A stretch of DNA of 64,000 nucleotides from Octopus bimaculoides (Eukaryota). This document shows positions 50,973 to 64,000 of this stretch, one piece after another. The notes under the pieces were generated by a model. That model had not been told where the DNA came from. It was given only the letters and a program-made list of their open reading frames with translations, and did no database searches. A program made the position numbers and the translations under genes. The DNA is taken from positions 7,217,641-7,281,640 of the forward strand of contig NC_068985.1 of NCBI RefSeq assembly GCF_001194135.2. Direction: 5' to 3'. The stretch's first letter is position 1. Each line of letters starts with the position of its first letter.

Positions 50973-52196
50973 TACATGCATACATACATATATATATATA
51001 TANNNNNNNNNNNNNNNNNNNNNNNNNNNNNNNNNNNNNNNNNNNNNNNNNNNNNNNNNNNNNNNNNNNNNNNNNNNNNNNNNNNNNNNNNNNNNNNNNN
51101 NNNNNNNNNNNNNNNNNNNNNNNNNNNNNNNNNNNNNNNNNNNNNNNNNNNNNNNNNNNNNNNNNNNNNNNNNNNNNNNNNNNNNNNNNNNNNNNNNNNN
51201 NNNNNNNNNNNNNNNNNNNNNNNNNNNNNNNNNNNNNNNNNNNNNNNNNNNNNNNNNNNNNNNNNNNNNNNNNNNNNNNNNNNNNNNNNNNNNNNNNNNN
51301 NNNNNNNNNNNNNNNNNNNNNNNNNNNNNNNNNNNNNNNNNNNNNNNNNNNNNNNNNNNNNNNNNNNNNNNNNNNNNNNNNNNNNNNNNNNNNNNNNNNN
51401 NNNNNNNNNNNNNNNNNNNNNNNNNNNNNNNNNNNNNNNNNNNNNNNNNNNNNNNNNNNNNNNNNNNNNNNNNNNNNNNNNNNNNNNNNNNNNNNNNNNN
51501 NNNNNNNNNNNNNNNNGGATTCGGTCATGTGTTTCATAGCGAGCAGAACCGCAAGCGAGGTGAACGATAAAAAGAACTTTTTCAGCTTATCGTACTTCGA
51601 TACGAAAACTATCCGCAACCTTCTTTCTCAATAAACCGCTTTTGTCCTTGAAAGTTGTTTCTTGATATTTACTAAGGATTGCTTGAAGCTAACTTTCTTC
51701 CGACACCTCGATCCCTGGATCTTACATTTAAATCTGTGTGTGTGTGTGTGTATGTGTGTGTGTATGTGTGTGTGTGTGCGCGTGCGTGCGTGCGTGTGTG
51801 TGTGTGTGTGTGTGTATTTTATCCAACCTTCCTCAAGCCATTCTTCACTTTCTAAACGCATTATCTGAAACGATATTTCACACTGTCAAAGAAGGCTGGA
51901 GGTCATTTGTGAATGTTTGCGAAAGCTATCGCTTCTTTTAAGTTTTGCTGCTGTCTTCATTCTTTAGCGTCTAACATAGATTCACTTTTATTCCGCATGT
52001 GTATACTCGTGAAATATGGGAACATGTCTGTTGCAGGTCGACATACTAGAGATAGCGGCTCCTAATTTCTCTCAAATCGTATCACAACGTCTTTAAATAT
52101 ACCTCAACAATGTAATATACATTACATAACAATACAGGATCTTCATGACTGTCTGTTTAGGGTTGATCTGAAGAACTTCAATAGCAATATATATAC

Positions 52197-52229
<33 letters not shown>

Positions 52230-52577
52230 NNNNNNNNNNNNNNNNNNNNNNNNNNNNNNNNNNNNNNNNNNNNNNNNNNNNNNNNNNNNNNNNNNNNNNN
52301 NNNNNNNNNNNNNNNNNNNNNNNNNNNNNNNNNNNNNNNNNNNNNNNNNNNNNNNNNNNNNNNNNNNNNNNNNNNNNNNNNNNNNNNNNNNNNNNNNNNN
52401 NNNNNNNNNNNNNNNNNNNNNNNNNNNNNNNNNNNNNNNNNNNNNNNNNNNNNNNNNNNNNNNNNNNNNNNNNNNNNNNNNNNNNNNNNNNNNNNNNNNN
52501 NNNNNNNNNNNNNNNNNNNNNNNNNNNNNNNNNNNNNNNNNNNNNNNNNNNNNNNNNNNNNNNNNNNNNNNNNNNNN

Positions 52578-52613
<36 letters not shown>

Positions 52614-52799
52614 GCACAGAGAAAACAAAATTATTTTATTCCTCACAGATGGAAATATAGGAAAAATAAAAGTTGAAAAGGCACTAAGAATAATTTAAAT
52701 ATTGTTATCAACATATTTATAGCTTATATTCACACTTTATATTAAAAGTTGAAATAGCTGTCTTGTTTCTGACTAGTGTTTGAAGTTTGCCCTGTTTTT

Positions 52800-53495
52800 T
52801 ATAGGGAGTTCATGGCTCAAATTAGTATGAGTTTTGAATAAGTTTTGATCTTAGAAACTTTTGCATGTAGTCCAGCGGCTAAAATTTAGGTTGTTAGCTG
52901 TGTAGCTTCCTCGTGATAAGTGGCAGAATGAAATTTGTGTGTTAACAATTATTTGTGTATGTACTATGTTAAAGTTTGTTTAGTCTTGGTTTGTAAATTT
53001 GTATGAAATTATTTTCTTTGTTTATCCGTACTTCATCTGTGGTATTCGCTGAACATGGGTAAAGTGGGAAGACCTGGAAATTGGGGGACTTATTTTTGCA
53101 CATGTGTCTATGTGACCACTCAGTGGAATCTGTCTAGTACTAGGGTCTCGTATTTGGTGTCGGTGTATGGTGAGTCTATTTCTTTGTTTGACCTATGTAA
53201 TCTTCATTACATCCATGACATTTGATAGCTTATATTAAAATTGAAGAACATATGATTGTTTACGGTAAATGTCTGTCCTGATTTGAATTTGCCTTCAATA
53301 AAATTGATTCAGGGCCCGCAATTGGGGCAGCCACACTTTTTGACTGTTGGTGTCGGAATTGTGAAAGGTAATTTAGCTCTCATGAGTAATTTTTTGAGGG
53401 ACTTTGATTGTTTTTTCTTTTTGTGTATTTCGAATGCTCGTTTCATTCTTAGGTCCAGTTTTAGTAGTGGGATGTTCTGGTGGACACTATTGTAA
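52800..53495 (-). mobile_element. Decayed Penelope-like element 3' end (GIY-YIG endonuclease region)
   Basis: Minus-strand translation KKQSKSLKKLLMRAKLP..PTVKKCGCPNCG...KSGQTF matches the PLE KxLKxLLxRA...KCGRPxCxxC...FTIK pattern preceding GIY-YIG. The downstream part is frameshifted. Confidence 0.75.
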
Positions 53496-53566
53496 ACTTC
53501 TGTGTTTCTTAGGTTGTGTGTTGTAAAAAGGGTAGATTATTGGATGTATCTGGAGCGTTTTTCGAA

Positions 53567-53605
<39 letters not shown>

Positions 53606-53610
<5 letters not shown>

Positions 53611-54215
53611 TCTCACAGAATTTATTTACACCCCTAAAACATTTCAGTAAAATTGCCATTACTCAGATAATATCGAAGGAAATCCAAACAAAATTTATAC
53701 TGAATAAAATATATTATACAGGCAAACATTATACAAATTCGGAATACAAAACAATAAACATTTTCAAAGATTTGAACGAAATATTTATTTTCAAACGATA
53801 AAAAAATATGTACACCCTAAAGGTTTATTTGCTATATTAAATATTTGGTATGACCATCCTTGCTTTCAATGACTGCATTAGTTCTTCTAGGCATAGAGAC
53901 GACTAAATTTCTGCAAATTACCGATAAAATCGACCCCGATTCATCTTAAATGATGTCTTTCAACTGTGTTGCATTGCGGCGTTTTTTATCCTCAACTTTC
54001 CTTTTTACAACATCCCACAGATGTTTTATTGAGTTTAAGTAAGGTGACACAGTAGGCCAAGGCAATACCTTTTTATATAAAATTCAGTCGTCATCTTTGA
54101 AGTGTGTTTAAGTTTGTTATCATGTTGGAACATGGAATGTCTTCCTAGTTCCTGGATGCTTTTCAACATTGTTTTATACAATATGTCACTCATGCATCCC
54201 CTAAGACACTTCTTG
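53606..54215 (-). mobile_element. Decayed Tc1 transposon, 3' half with TIR
   Basis: Minus-strand translation FQHDNKLKHTSKMTTEF...KRKVED...QLKDII...LVVSMPRRTNAVIESKDGHTKY (Tc1 FQxDNDPKHT...SMPRR..AVI..KGGxTKY). A Tc1-like terminus, agtatctcacagaa..tacacccct, follows a TA run. Confidence 0.87.
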
Positions 54216-54273
54216 AGCCAAAGATGAAGCAGTGCTACGACTGTCGTCCATCACGCAACGTTGGATGTGGCGA

Positions 54274-54313
<40 letters not shown>

Positions 54314-54748
54314 ATATATTAGAAATGATCTAATTATAAGTCTCACAGATAGAATTAAGCAGCAGTGTTACGATAAGGCAGTTGTATACTGTCAACTTAA
54401 TGTGACAGTCCCAATAAGGGAATCATACTGCTGCTATTTAGCCCTAGGAAGCTGGACCGCTTCCTGTCGGTCTTGACGCATTTCTTGTGTCCTTATATTT
54501 GCGAGAGGGAGACAAGCACCCCCACCCAGCCTAGGGTCAGCAGCTGGGACAGTGTCACATACAGGAGTAGTGATGTGAAACACCCAAACTGAGGAAGTCA
54601 GAAAGACCATGGTGGTGCTCCAGCATGACAATGTCCACATGGTTGCAACGAGCAAAAGAGTAAGAAATGTATTATATACATATATATATATATATGTATG
54701 CATACATGTATATACATGTATGTATACATATTTATATGTACATGATAT

Positions 54749-54832
<84 letters not shown>

Positions 54833-54863
54833 GTATAGATATATATGCATGTATATATATATG

Positions 54864-54906
<43 letters not shown>

Positions 54907-55639
54907 TCATTTTTGTTTACGTATATTCTTGTTTTGTTATTTTATTTTATTTCATTTTATTTTTATTCATTTTTACTATTTTACTTTTGGTAAGCAGCTT
55001 ATTTGGTTAATACATTTTATTATTATTGAACTTGATTCCAAGATATTGTTTTAAGATTGTCCCTTTCCTTATTCCAGGACATTGTTTACGAGATGTTTTG
55101 TTCCACTAATCATCATTAGGCTCGTTTTTGTTTATGATATCATATTCATGATGAGATGTTTATTGAGAAACAAAGTATCCTGTTGTCTATGATTGTTGTA
55201 TTGTCTATACGTTTTTATAAAATTAGTTGTTTTTTGTTTTTTTTACGAATACTAATTATCAGCTGTAAGCTATCACTATTTGTTCACTCTTATGCTGTTA
55301 TCGAGTGGTGATAAACTGGAGCATTCCCGGGCAGCATTTATAATTTTAACGCTGTGGACACCACCAGATTGAGTGGTACTGCCCAGGTGTCGAAACCACA
55401 GTGATATCCGCTTGGGCAGCTGCTGACAGGATTGCACATATGTTATGCTCGACTTCGAATTTCTTATATCTTAGTCCTCGTTATTCTGAGATGTCCTTCG
55501 TTCTTGCAACCTGGAAAGTATTTGTGGATTTATAATCTCTGCGGATCACTTATTTTGGTGTTGTTGGGTTTTCATAAGTAACCTAATTTCATTTACAAAA
55601 TGATTAAATAATGATGTCTTAGTTTTGATAGGTTCTGTG

Positions 55640-55777
<138 letters not shown>

Positions 55778-56184
55778 AATCACGAGACAAACTGCTACGC
55801 GGGCACTGTCCACTTAATCCTATTCCTCATCAATCATCGTCCTCATGTCCAGCTCAACACGCAAACCGATCTGAATCAGTTTAGTTGACCTTCATCCAAT
55901 CTGAAGTGTTTGCGTGTAGCCGTCGCAGTCTTACTGAGAAAATTGAGAGGAGACATGTCGTATGTTTGTGTAATTGAGCCATGGATAAGTTCAATTTACT
56001 TTCCGGATCTATTTTCACAAATTAAAAGGACCTAATTAAAGAGAAAGTAGCAAATATAAAATAACTTCTACGCTCTGAACTACAACAAAAACTACTTTGA
56101 TCTTAGTTGCATGTAACCAATGCCTATAAAATGACAACAGATAGCAACGCTAATCATAGATCATGCAGTGTGTCAAAATTTTGA

Positions 56185-56400
56185 CGCATAAGAAATGGTA
56201 CAATCATGTACCAAACTCGAGGAATTTTAACGGTCTGGGCATAATTATGAGATGTGGCTATCCAAACTGAAAAGAGCAAGGAAATGTTTGAAAAATAATT
56301 ATCACCGTTTAGAACAAGACTGCTTGTACTCAGATAAATTTTCATCTTTTCCGACGACAAAAATGCCCGGAACAAGATGGTATCGGAGTAGCTCTCAAAC
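56185..56400 (+). mobile_element. Possible decayed R4/Dong RLE remnant
   Basis: HKKWYNHVP and L*DVAIQTEK resemble the R4-type KWYxHxP...ILWDxxIQTD motif. Confidence 0.4.
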
Positions 56401-57137
56401 TGAAGCAATTAGGATTTGAGGCATGCGCATACAAATAATAATTAGAACACTATATAAGGAAAAATAGCAGGACCCAAAGCAATTCTTATAAACTTGAGAA
56501 GGCAAAAACCTAGCATTATGAGATTGTTATAGTAAATTGCAATTCCAGGCAATTACCGCCTTTAACACCGTCTTAAATAATGAGGTCCAAGAAATTATAT
56601 CACTTCTTAGACGATGAAGTTCACAAAAATGCGACGAGTGGCCCATATAACTTTCGCTGGTAATCTATAAATCGCTCTCTAATATACTAACCAACGGGAT
56701 AAGTGTACATTATAATAAAGGAATGTAATTCCTAAACAACGGTGAGTTTGTCACGGTCCGAAAAAAGGAATCTGCTGCGATCGATTATTTGAAGGCATTT
56801 ACTTCGATCCTATACGATGACATAAAGAACTAACATTCTGACTGTATACTCCAGTCACATGGGATTTTGCACTTCCGGTCTTTATATCATCCAATGCATG
56901 CCGCCATTAATTTTGCTCCTAGAAATATCTATTTATGGATTTTTCCATAATATATTGCATGGTGAAAGAACCAGATACATTTACCAGCTTCCTTCAGTGA
57001 AGCTAATTTTCCCAGTTTTTGGTGGTCCTCAATTTTATCATAAAATTTGCCAAGGTTATTAAGATATTACTAAAAACAACGAAAAAGAAAGCATTCGAGT
57101 AGTTCATTTGACTTCAATAGAAATGAGACAGGGTTTG

Positions 57138-57210
<73 letters not shown>

Positions 57211-57360
57211 GTGTGTGTTTTGCTTTAATCTGGTGCGTTTTTACGCTTCTTGCGTTTCACAAGTGCTTCATCCGTTACATTACTTCAGTGTTCCGTCTGT
57301 GTTTTTGTTTGGAGGATGTGCAACGTCATTATTCTATCTTGTAATATTTTTGTTTGATGA

Positions 57361-57565
57361 TAAGGCGGTGAGCTAGCAGAATCTTTAGCATGTTTGGCAG
57401 CATTTCGTCCGGCTCTATGGTCTGAGTCCCTATACCATCGATGACGATTTTTATCCTTTGGGAGTGGATAAAAATAAGTACCAGATGAGCCCTTGGGTCG
57501 ATGTAATCTACTTCCACCCTCCCCACGAAATTGCTAGATTTCTGTCAAAAATTTGAGACCATTAT
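57361..57565 (+). mobile_element. SINE family C, decayed
   Basis: ggcggtgagctagcagaatc head and taaaaataagtaccag...aaatttgagaccatt tail. Confidence 0.75.
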
Positions 57566-57957
57566 TTTCGTAGATAATGGTTGTCTTCTGTGTGATTTAA
57601 ATACATTGTGCTATATTATATAATGGCGTTTCATAATTTTGTTTACAGCTCTGTGATGTTTGTGCTATATCATTAGGCAAGGTTTGCACATAAAGCGGTG
57701 ATTCAATGTTTAATTGTACATAAGTCGTGTTAATGTGTTACTGTTCGCCAATGTAATATAAACTTTGTGTTGTAATACTTGGTGTGGCGTGTGAAAACAG
57801 TATGTTTTGTGAGTGTCGTCCCACTGCCCGATTCGTGCAAGCTGTACAAGCTGTAGACAGAAAGGTGTACACTCTACTGTCTGATTCGTTCTACCAGACC
57901 GATATCTTAAGAAGACATGCTGAGTCGTCTCAAAGAATGTTAAAAAATAAGACTGTG

Positions 57958-58185
57958 TCGGGTGGTGAGCTGGCAGAATCGTTAACACGTCGGACAAGAT
58001 ATTTAAAAGCATTTTGTTCGTCTTCACTTTCTAAGTTCAAATTCCGCCTAGGTCGACTTTGCCTTACATTCTTTTCTGGTTGATAAAATAAGTACCAGTC
58101 AAACACTGGGATTGATATAATGGACATAGCACCATCCCTCAAAATTGCGAGCCTTGTGCCAAAATTTGAAACCATTAATATTATT
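57958..58185 (+). mobile_element. SINE family C, full length
   Basis: ggtggtgagctggcagaatcgttaac...aagttcaaattccgcctaggtcgactttgcc...ccttgtgccaaaatttgaaaccatt. Confidence 0.88.
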
Positions 58186-59644
58186 GTTGTTGTTGTTGTT
58201 ATTAAACTATTTAATAAATATAACAAAAAATTAATACAAGAAAATATTTTCATCGTCACCATTATTATATTTATAACTATTAGTAGTATAACTTTTAGTA
58301 GTGTCTCTATTGTTGCAGTATTTATTGTTGTTCTTAATTCTATTGATTCCAGTTGGTCAACGAAGAAGCAGTATCGATTCCAGCAGTTATAAATGTTTAA
58401 CTGCTCTTGATGCTAAATATCCTTACAAGAAATGGTATTTCAATATTTTATCACTTTTATAGAAGTAATTAAGACGCTAGTAGCTCTTGTAGGTTTTCAG
58501 ATAATGGAATGACTTGATTGAGCGCCAGTTCTTCAGCCATTCTTAAGTAGGTACTTAGAAAACATTACATCTAACGTTTCCTCGTTTCAAAGATACTGTT
58601 GTTTAGAATATGGAAAATCACCAGACTTTTAAACTCAAGAGAAAGGAAATGTAAATTTTTGAAAATATAATTATTTTTATGTAATATTCTTTTATAATTT
58701 TTATATATTATTTTATTACTCATTTATTAACTGCATAATTCATTTCTTCTGTATATATTGAATTCAATATAATGTCATTTGTTTACTTTAAAAGTTTATG
58801 CGCCACCTCAAATAAAAGTTTATAAGATACTTCATTCAAAACATTTCGTAAAATTCGCTATGATATTTACAAAGAATAAACTATTTTTGTAATTAGGAAA
58901 TTAATAAGATATGTTCTAAAATACTGAATGAATTATTTACAGAATAATCAAATATTGTTATTCAACTACAACTAAAATATAGACTGCTTGAGTTGGTGAA
59001 AGAAGACAAGTTTCCGGTGTAGGCACGGCCTATTGAGACGGTCTCCGTACTAGACCGTTACTTATTGTTTCACAAAGACTGCAGAAGGTTGAAAGGAAAT
59101 GTTACCATCAATAGGATTTGCAATCAGAGCATAAAGAACCGTAACCAAAAAGCATGTCATTTCAAGACACTCTTTAATGATTTTGACAGCGTAAAAAAGA
59201 AAGCAGAAGAATAAATTTGAAGAAACATTTGATATGATCGCTCTCAAGAAACAGAAGTTTATTTTCTGAAATTGGCGATGCATAAATGTATAAAAATACT
59301 CAAAAATGTGATGAATGAGAAAGCCGCAACTATTTCAAATCGCATCCAGTTTTTTTTGTTTTTTTTTGTATATATATATATATATATATAAATGAAAGAA
59401 GGCATGACGTGATGTAATGCTAAGGACGTTATTCCAGAAATATATGGCGATGTTGAAAAATGTTTGGTTATTGGTCTGGTTTCACAACGCTGGTCTTTCA
59501 ACATGTGCTCCAAAATTTTACATATATATTCCTAATAACCACCAAAAAATACACGCATAAATAACATTTTGATTTTAGGAATTAAATATGTAAGTATGAA
59601 ATAAATGAAATATGTAAGATAGGTAAACATAGATAGATAGATTG

Positions 59645-59814
59645 ATATAATTTATATAAGGGCATTATTATAAAATAATGCCTCACGCTTAGAAGGACTT
59701 AATAAGTCAAAACTACCAAAAATAAGCACATGCTTATATTTGGTAGTTTTGACTTATGAAGTCCCTCTAAGCGTGAGGCATTATTATATAGTAATGCCCT
59801 TATATAAATTATAT
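59645..59814. repeat. 170-bp near-perfect palindrome (MITE-like, TA-flanked)
   Basis: Arms 59645-59728 and 59731-59814 differ at 5 positions and enclose a 2-nt loop. Each arm has its own internal hairpin. Confidence 0.92.
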
Positions 59815-60505
59815 TATATATATTTATGGAAAAAAAGGATGGGTTTTTTTTCCTTATGAGGTTTTTTCACGCTGACTACTTGATAAATTCTTATAAAGAT
59901 TTTATCCTTATATTATATTATAGATAGATTGATAGATAGATGTGCAATGAAATAAACTGTCAGGATACAATTAGCTACACATTCTTTCGTATATTTTGTG
60001 ATGCCTCCATGAAACATTCCAACTTTTAGGCCGTCCTGAGTCTCATGAATTTTTGTTTTTATGTCAGAGAAGAGAAAGTGTTCTATATAACTATGACTAA
60101 ATACACGTAGAAAATTGAAACCAATTCTATCCTAACGATTGCATTATATAATTAAACTCTACCAACCGTGTTTTGAGTGTTCCAACTTTATGTTTCCTCA
60201 TTGTGTCTACACAGGTATTATGTATCACTATGTGGAACTGTGGGCGTATGTATGTATATGAATTTAGTTGAAGTTATAATCACAAACAAAAATAAAAGTA
60301 ATTCAATTAGTAGCATAAAATAATATAGTGATAGATGACGACTACTGGGTTATGCCACACCTCTTTGGACATTTTGTCTCAACCTATATGTTGTATCCAA
60401 CAAGTATTTGGAATAACATGGATCAAAGTAACTCAGTTTGTGAATTAATTCGAATTCTATATAGAGCGGTTGGTAGTTGTAACTTTAGTATTATTGGTTT
60501 GTTAG

Positions 60506-60645
60506 TGAGTTCAAATTCCGCCGAGGTCGACTTTGCGTTTCATCCTTTCGGGGTCGATAAATTAGGAACCAGTTGCATACTGGGGTCAATCTTATCGACT
60601 GGCCCTTTCCCCAAAAATTTCGGGTCTTGTGCATAGAGTAGAAAA
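60506..60645 (+). mobile_element. SINE family C, 5'-truncated
   Basis: gagttcaaattccgccgaggtcgactttgcgtttcatcctttcggggtcgataaatt... Confidence 0.85.
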
Positions 60646-60650
60646 GACTT

Positions 60651-60765
60651 AATCGACTCCAGTGCGTAACTGGTACTTAATCTATCGACCCGGAAAGGAT
60701 GAAAAGCAAAGTCGACCTCGGAACGTAAAGACTGACGAAATACCGTTTTCTGCTAGCTCGCTGCC
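60651..60765 (-). mobile_element. SINE family C, internally deleted
   Basis: aactggtacttaatctatcgacccggaaaggatgaaaagcaaagtcgacctcgg is the reverse-complement core. Confidence 0.8.
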
Positions 60766-60813
60766 TTCTCATCTGAAATATATTATATATCAAAAGATTC
60801 CTTTACAAATAAT

Positions 60814-61019
60814 CTTTTCTACTACAAGCACAAGGCCTGGAGTCTGTGGAGAGGGGGATAGTCGATTACATCGACTCCATTGATTCATTGGTAGTTATTT
60901 TATCGACCCGAAGTATAAAAGTCAAAGTCGACCTCGGCGGAATTTGAACTCTGAATCTAGCGACCGGTAAGTTTTCTGTCCAGAGTGCTAACGATTCTGC
61001 CAGCACGCCGCGTTAGATC
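60814..61019 (-). mobile_element. SINE family C, full length, 14-bp TSD CCTTTACAAATAAT
   Basis: Reverse-complement core and head (gctaacgattctgccagc). The TSD is at 60800-60813 and 61020-61033. Confidence 0.88.
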
Positions 61020-61544
61020 CCTTTACAAATAATACAAACAAAAAGTTGCAAATTTAATAGATTTTTCTTCGATGTTTTTCCCATCTTTGTTTGTGAATTG
61101 ACTAACATAATCTAAATTTCTGTCTTCTATTTCGTTCTATAGTCTGAATTTTACAAATTATATAATAAATACCCAAATCGGAAATGTTTATTTTAGCAGT
61201 AATGCGATAAGTGCTTGACATTTTCTTTTTTAAAATGTTACTCCTATAAAACTAAAATGAACTTTTTGTTGTCCCTATGTCCTTTAACCAACATCCCCGT
61301 CGATGGCTCTATCACGACTTTAACATCTACTGCACAACTCAGCTTGTTACCTAGTTCTCTCAGCGTAATTACATGTCAATCTCATTGCTTTTCTTCTAAT
61401 TCTAAGAGCATTTCCCTACGTTAAAAAAACTTTCCCTTTTTTCTCCCGCTCTCCCTCCCCCTCTCTTTGCTCCTCCTTTTTTAACTAACTCATTGGCAGT
61501 GTAACACACGTAAGTACACTAGCATATTAATATTATAACAGCAT

Positions 61545-62110
61545 CCAAAATTCACCGAGGTCGACTTTGCCTTTCATCCTTTGGGGGTTCATTAAATGAG
61601 TACCAGTTACGCACTGGGGTCGATGTAATCGATTTAATAATGCCTTTGTTCGTCCTTGTACATTCCCTCTATGTTTATCCCCCTGTAGGTAACAAAGAAA
61701 TAAATATTATAACAGTATTAGCACGCCGGACGAAATGCTCAGCGGTATTTCGTCTGTCTTTACGTTCTGAGTTCAAATTCCGCTGAGGTCGATTTTGCCT
61801 TTCATTCTTTCGGGATTGATAAAAATTAGTACCAGTCACGCAATGGGATCGATGAGCTTGACTAGCACCCCTCCTTGAACTTGTTAGCATTGTGCCAAAA
61901 TTTGAAACCAATATTATAGTTGTTCTTAAAGGTGCCGATCTCGTAGAAGCGTTTGCAAAACCGAGATAATATTTTGCGACTTTCTTCTGGCTCTTAACTT
62001 TCTCAATTCCGCTGTGGTCGATAAAATAAGTGCCATTTTGAGCGATGGAGTCGATGTAAGTCTCTACCCCGCAATTGCTGCCTCTTAAGCTAAGATTTGA
62101 AAGCAATATT
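61545..62110 (+). mobile_element. Three consecutive SINE family C fragments
   Basis: Cores at about 61545-61640, 61715-61915 and 62005-62110 (aattc.ccgaggtcgactttgcc, gtcgataaaataagt, ggtcgatgtaa). Confidence 0.8.
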
Positions 62111-62633
62111 ATAGCAGTTCCATATTGATTTAAAATGGATGGTTGCATTTTGTGGGAGATTGGCTGATATTTTTTTGAAGGACAAGAGAACATATAGATC
62201 CCTCCCACACCTTATTAATACATGTTGTCTTTTCGGATTTAATAATTGGAAGCTTTGAAATCGCTTCGAGACACATGTAAAGTCCACGTCTCACATTTCA
62301 TGGTAAGATTGTACAGCATCAATACCAGAATTATACTTCCTTATATCTATATATCAGAGAGATTGAAGAATCGGTAGAGCAAATCATATGACAGATGAAT
62401 GCAAACATCAATACAACGTTGGAAATAAATGCCAACACTCTGAATTTGGCTTCCTTCTGATGTATTAAACAGAAATTAAATTCATGATTCAATTTCTCAT
62501 GATGAAGCTTCTATTTTTATTAATGAGATTTCTAACTTTAATGCTTGTTGGTGTTGTTAGGCACTTCATTGGATTATAGAAAGCATTGTCATTGCATAGT
62601 AACAACTCAATAACTCAATCCTGAAAAAGAAGA

Positions 62634-62860
62634 CAATAATCCATCGCCATATCGCGGTTCGCCTACTGCGGTTTATTATTTAATCTTACGTCGATTCCGC
62701 TGTGGTGTTGTTTTGCATTTATAATAAAATAAATACATATAAATTATAAAAATAATAAAAAATAAAAAATATATAGTACAGTACTGTTTCAACTTCGCGG
62801 ATTTTCATCTATCGCGGAGGATTTTGGAACGTAACACCCGCGATAGTCGAGATATTACTG
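62634..62860. mobile_element. pogo/Tigger-like MITE
   Basis: The left end caataatccatcgccatatcgcgg and the reverse-complemented right end cagtaatatctcgactatcgcgggtgttacgttcc share the CAGTA.TCCCTCG..TATCGCGG terminal pattern. TA follows at 62861-62862. Confidence 0.6.
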
Positions 62861-62940
62861 TAATTTATATACTCATGTAAGTCCTCTTGTGTGTGCGCGT
62901 GTGTGGTTCTCTGTGCGACTGCGTGTCTCTTTCTGTGCGC

Positions 62941-63034
<94 letters not shown>

Positions 63035-63830
63035 GTGTGCGCGCGTGTGTGCGCGCGTGCGTGTATGTCTGCGTATATGTGTGGATGTGTGTGTGGCCTT
63101 ATCGTATCTTCAAAACTAGACATCTTTTCAATGACAGCAGCAACTTTTCGGAGATTCTGTTTCTATAATCGAAGTATTAGTCTTCAGTTTTCTACCCAGA
63201 TTGTTTAGCGATGGAATCAAAACTTTTAGAAGAAACTTTACCGACTCAAACGACGATAAATAAATAAATAAATAATGGTCTAACGATTTTGTAAACAACT
63301 TATCTTTAAAAGATATGCAATTTTATCAGAATATTTTATCTATATCTTTATCTCAGTTATTCTTTTTAAAAGAATCTTTAGGCAGCCAAACAGATGTGCA
63401 GATAAGTGGAGGGGACCTATATACAGGTGTACATATATCTTATATGCGTACACATTTCGACATATATATATTTATATACATATATATGTATGTGTGTATA
63501 TACATAAATGTATTTATATATACATGCGTATATATATACATATTTATATATATATATATATATACATGTTTATATATATATATATTTATATATATACATA
63601 TATACTTATATATACATACATATATACATATATACATATATATACATATATACATATATACATATGTGTGTATACGTGTATATATATACGTATATATATA
63701 TACGTGTATATATATATATATATAAACACNNNNNNNNNNNNNNNNNNNNNNNNNNNNNNNNNNNNNNNNNNNNNNNNNNNNNNNNNNNNNNNNNNNNNNN
63801 NNNNNNNNNNNNNNNNNNNNNNNNNNNNNN

Positions 63831-63871
<41 letters not shown>

Positions 63872-64000
63872 CAGACACACAAGAACACACAACACTTTTA
63901 TAGAGAGAGAGTGAGAGATGGCGTCAAAACTTCAATTCATCTTTGTTATACGTATGTTTTCGGGTATCACAGAAAACAATGCCTACTTAGCTTGTCTTTG

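Overview
AT-rich, microsatellite-laden eukaryotic non-coding DNA with 12 N-gaps, most of them flanked by dinucleotide runs. The repeat content (tRNA-derived SINEs with (CA/TA)n linkers, R4/Dong, Tx1, Penelope, Tc1/mariner/maT and Tigger-like remnants) looks like an Octopus genome scaffold; that taxon call is inferred from recalled repeat families, not from a search. No host protein-coding exon can be called with confidence, and nearly all supplied ORFs are microsatellite or N-gap artefacts. The recognisable protein motifs belong to decayed transposons. Four working SINE families (A-D) are present, and several copies have clear 9-14 bp target-site duplications (TSDs). The most interesting signals are: (1) a type I hammerhead ribozyme with a complete core at 38342-38470, carrying an 86-nt insertion in stem II and lying antisense to a neighbouring Penelope fragment; (2) a 1.4-kb nested foldback at 43264-44646 with alternative pairings; (3) further large palindromes at 50456-50972, 59645-59814, 34873-35036 and 30735-30934, which would be dsRNA substrates if transcribed; and (4) two diverged copies of an unclassified, apparently coding-derived repeat.
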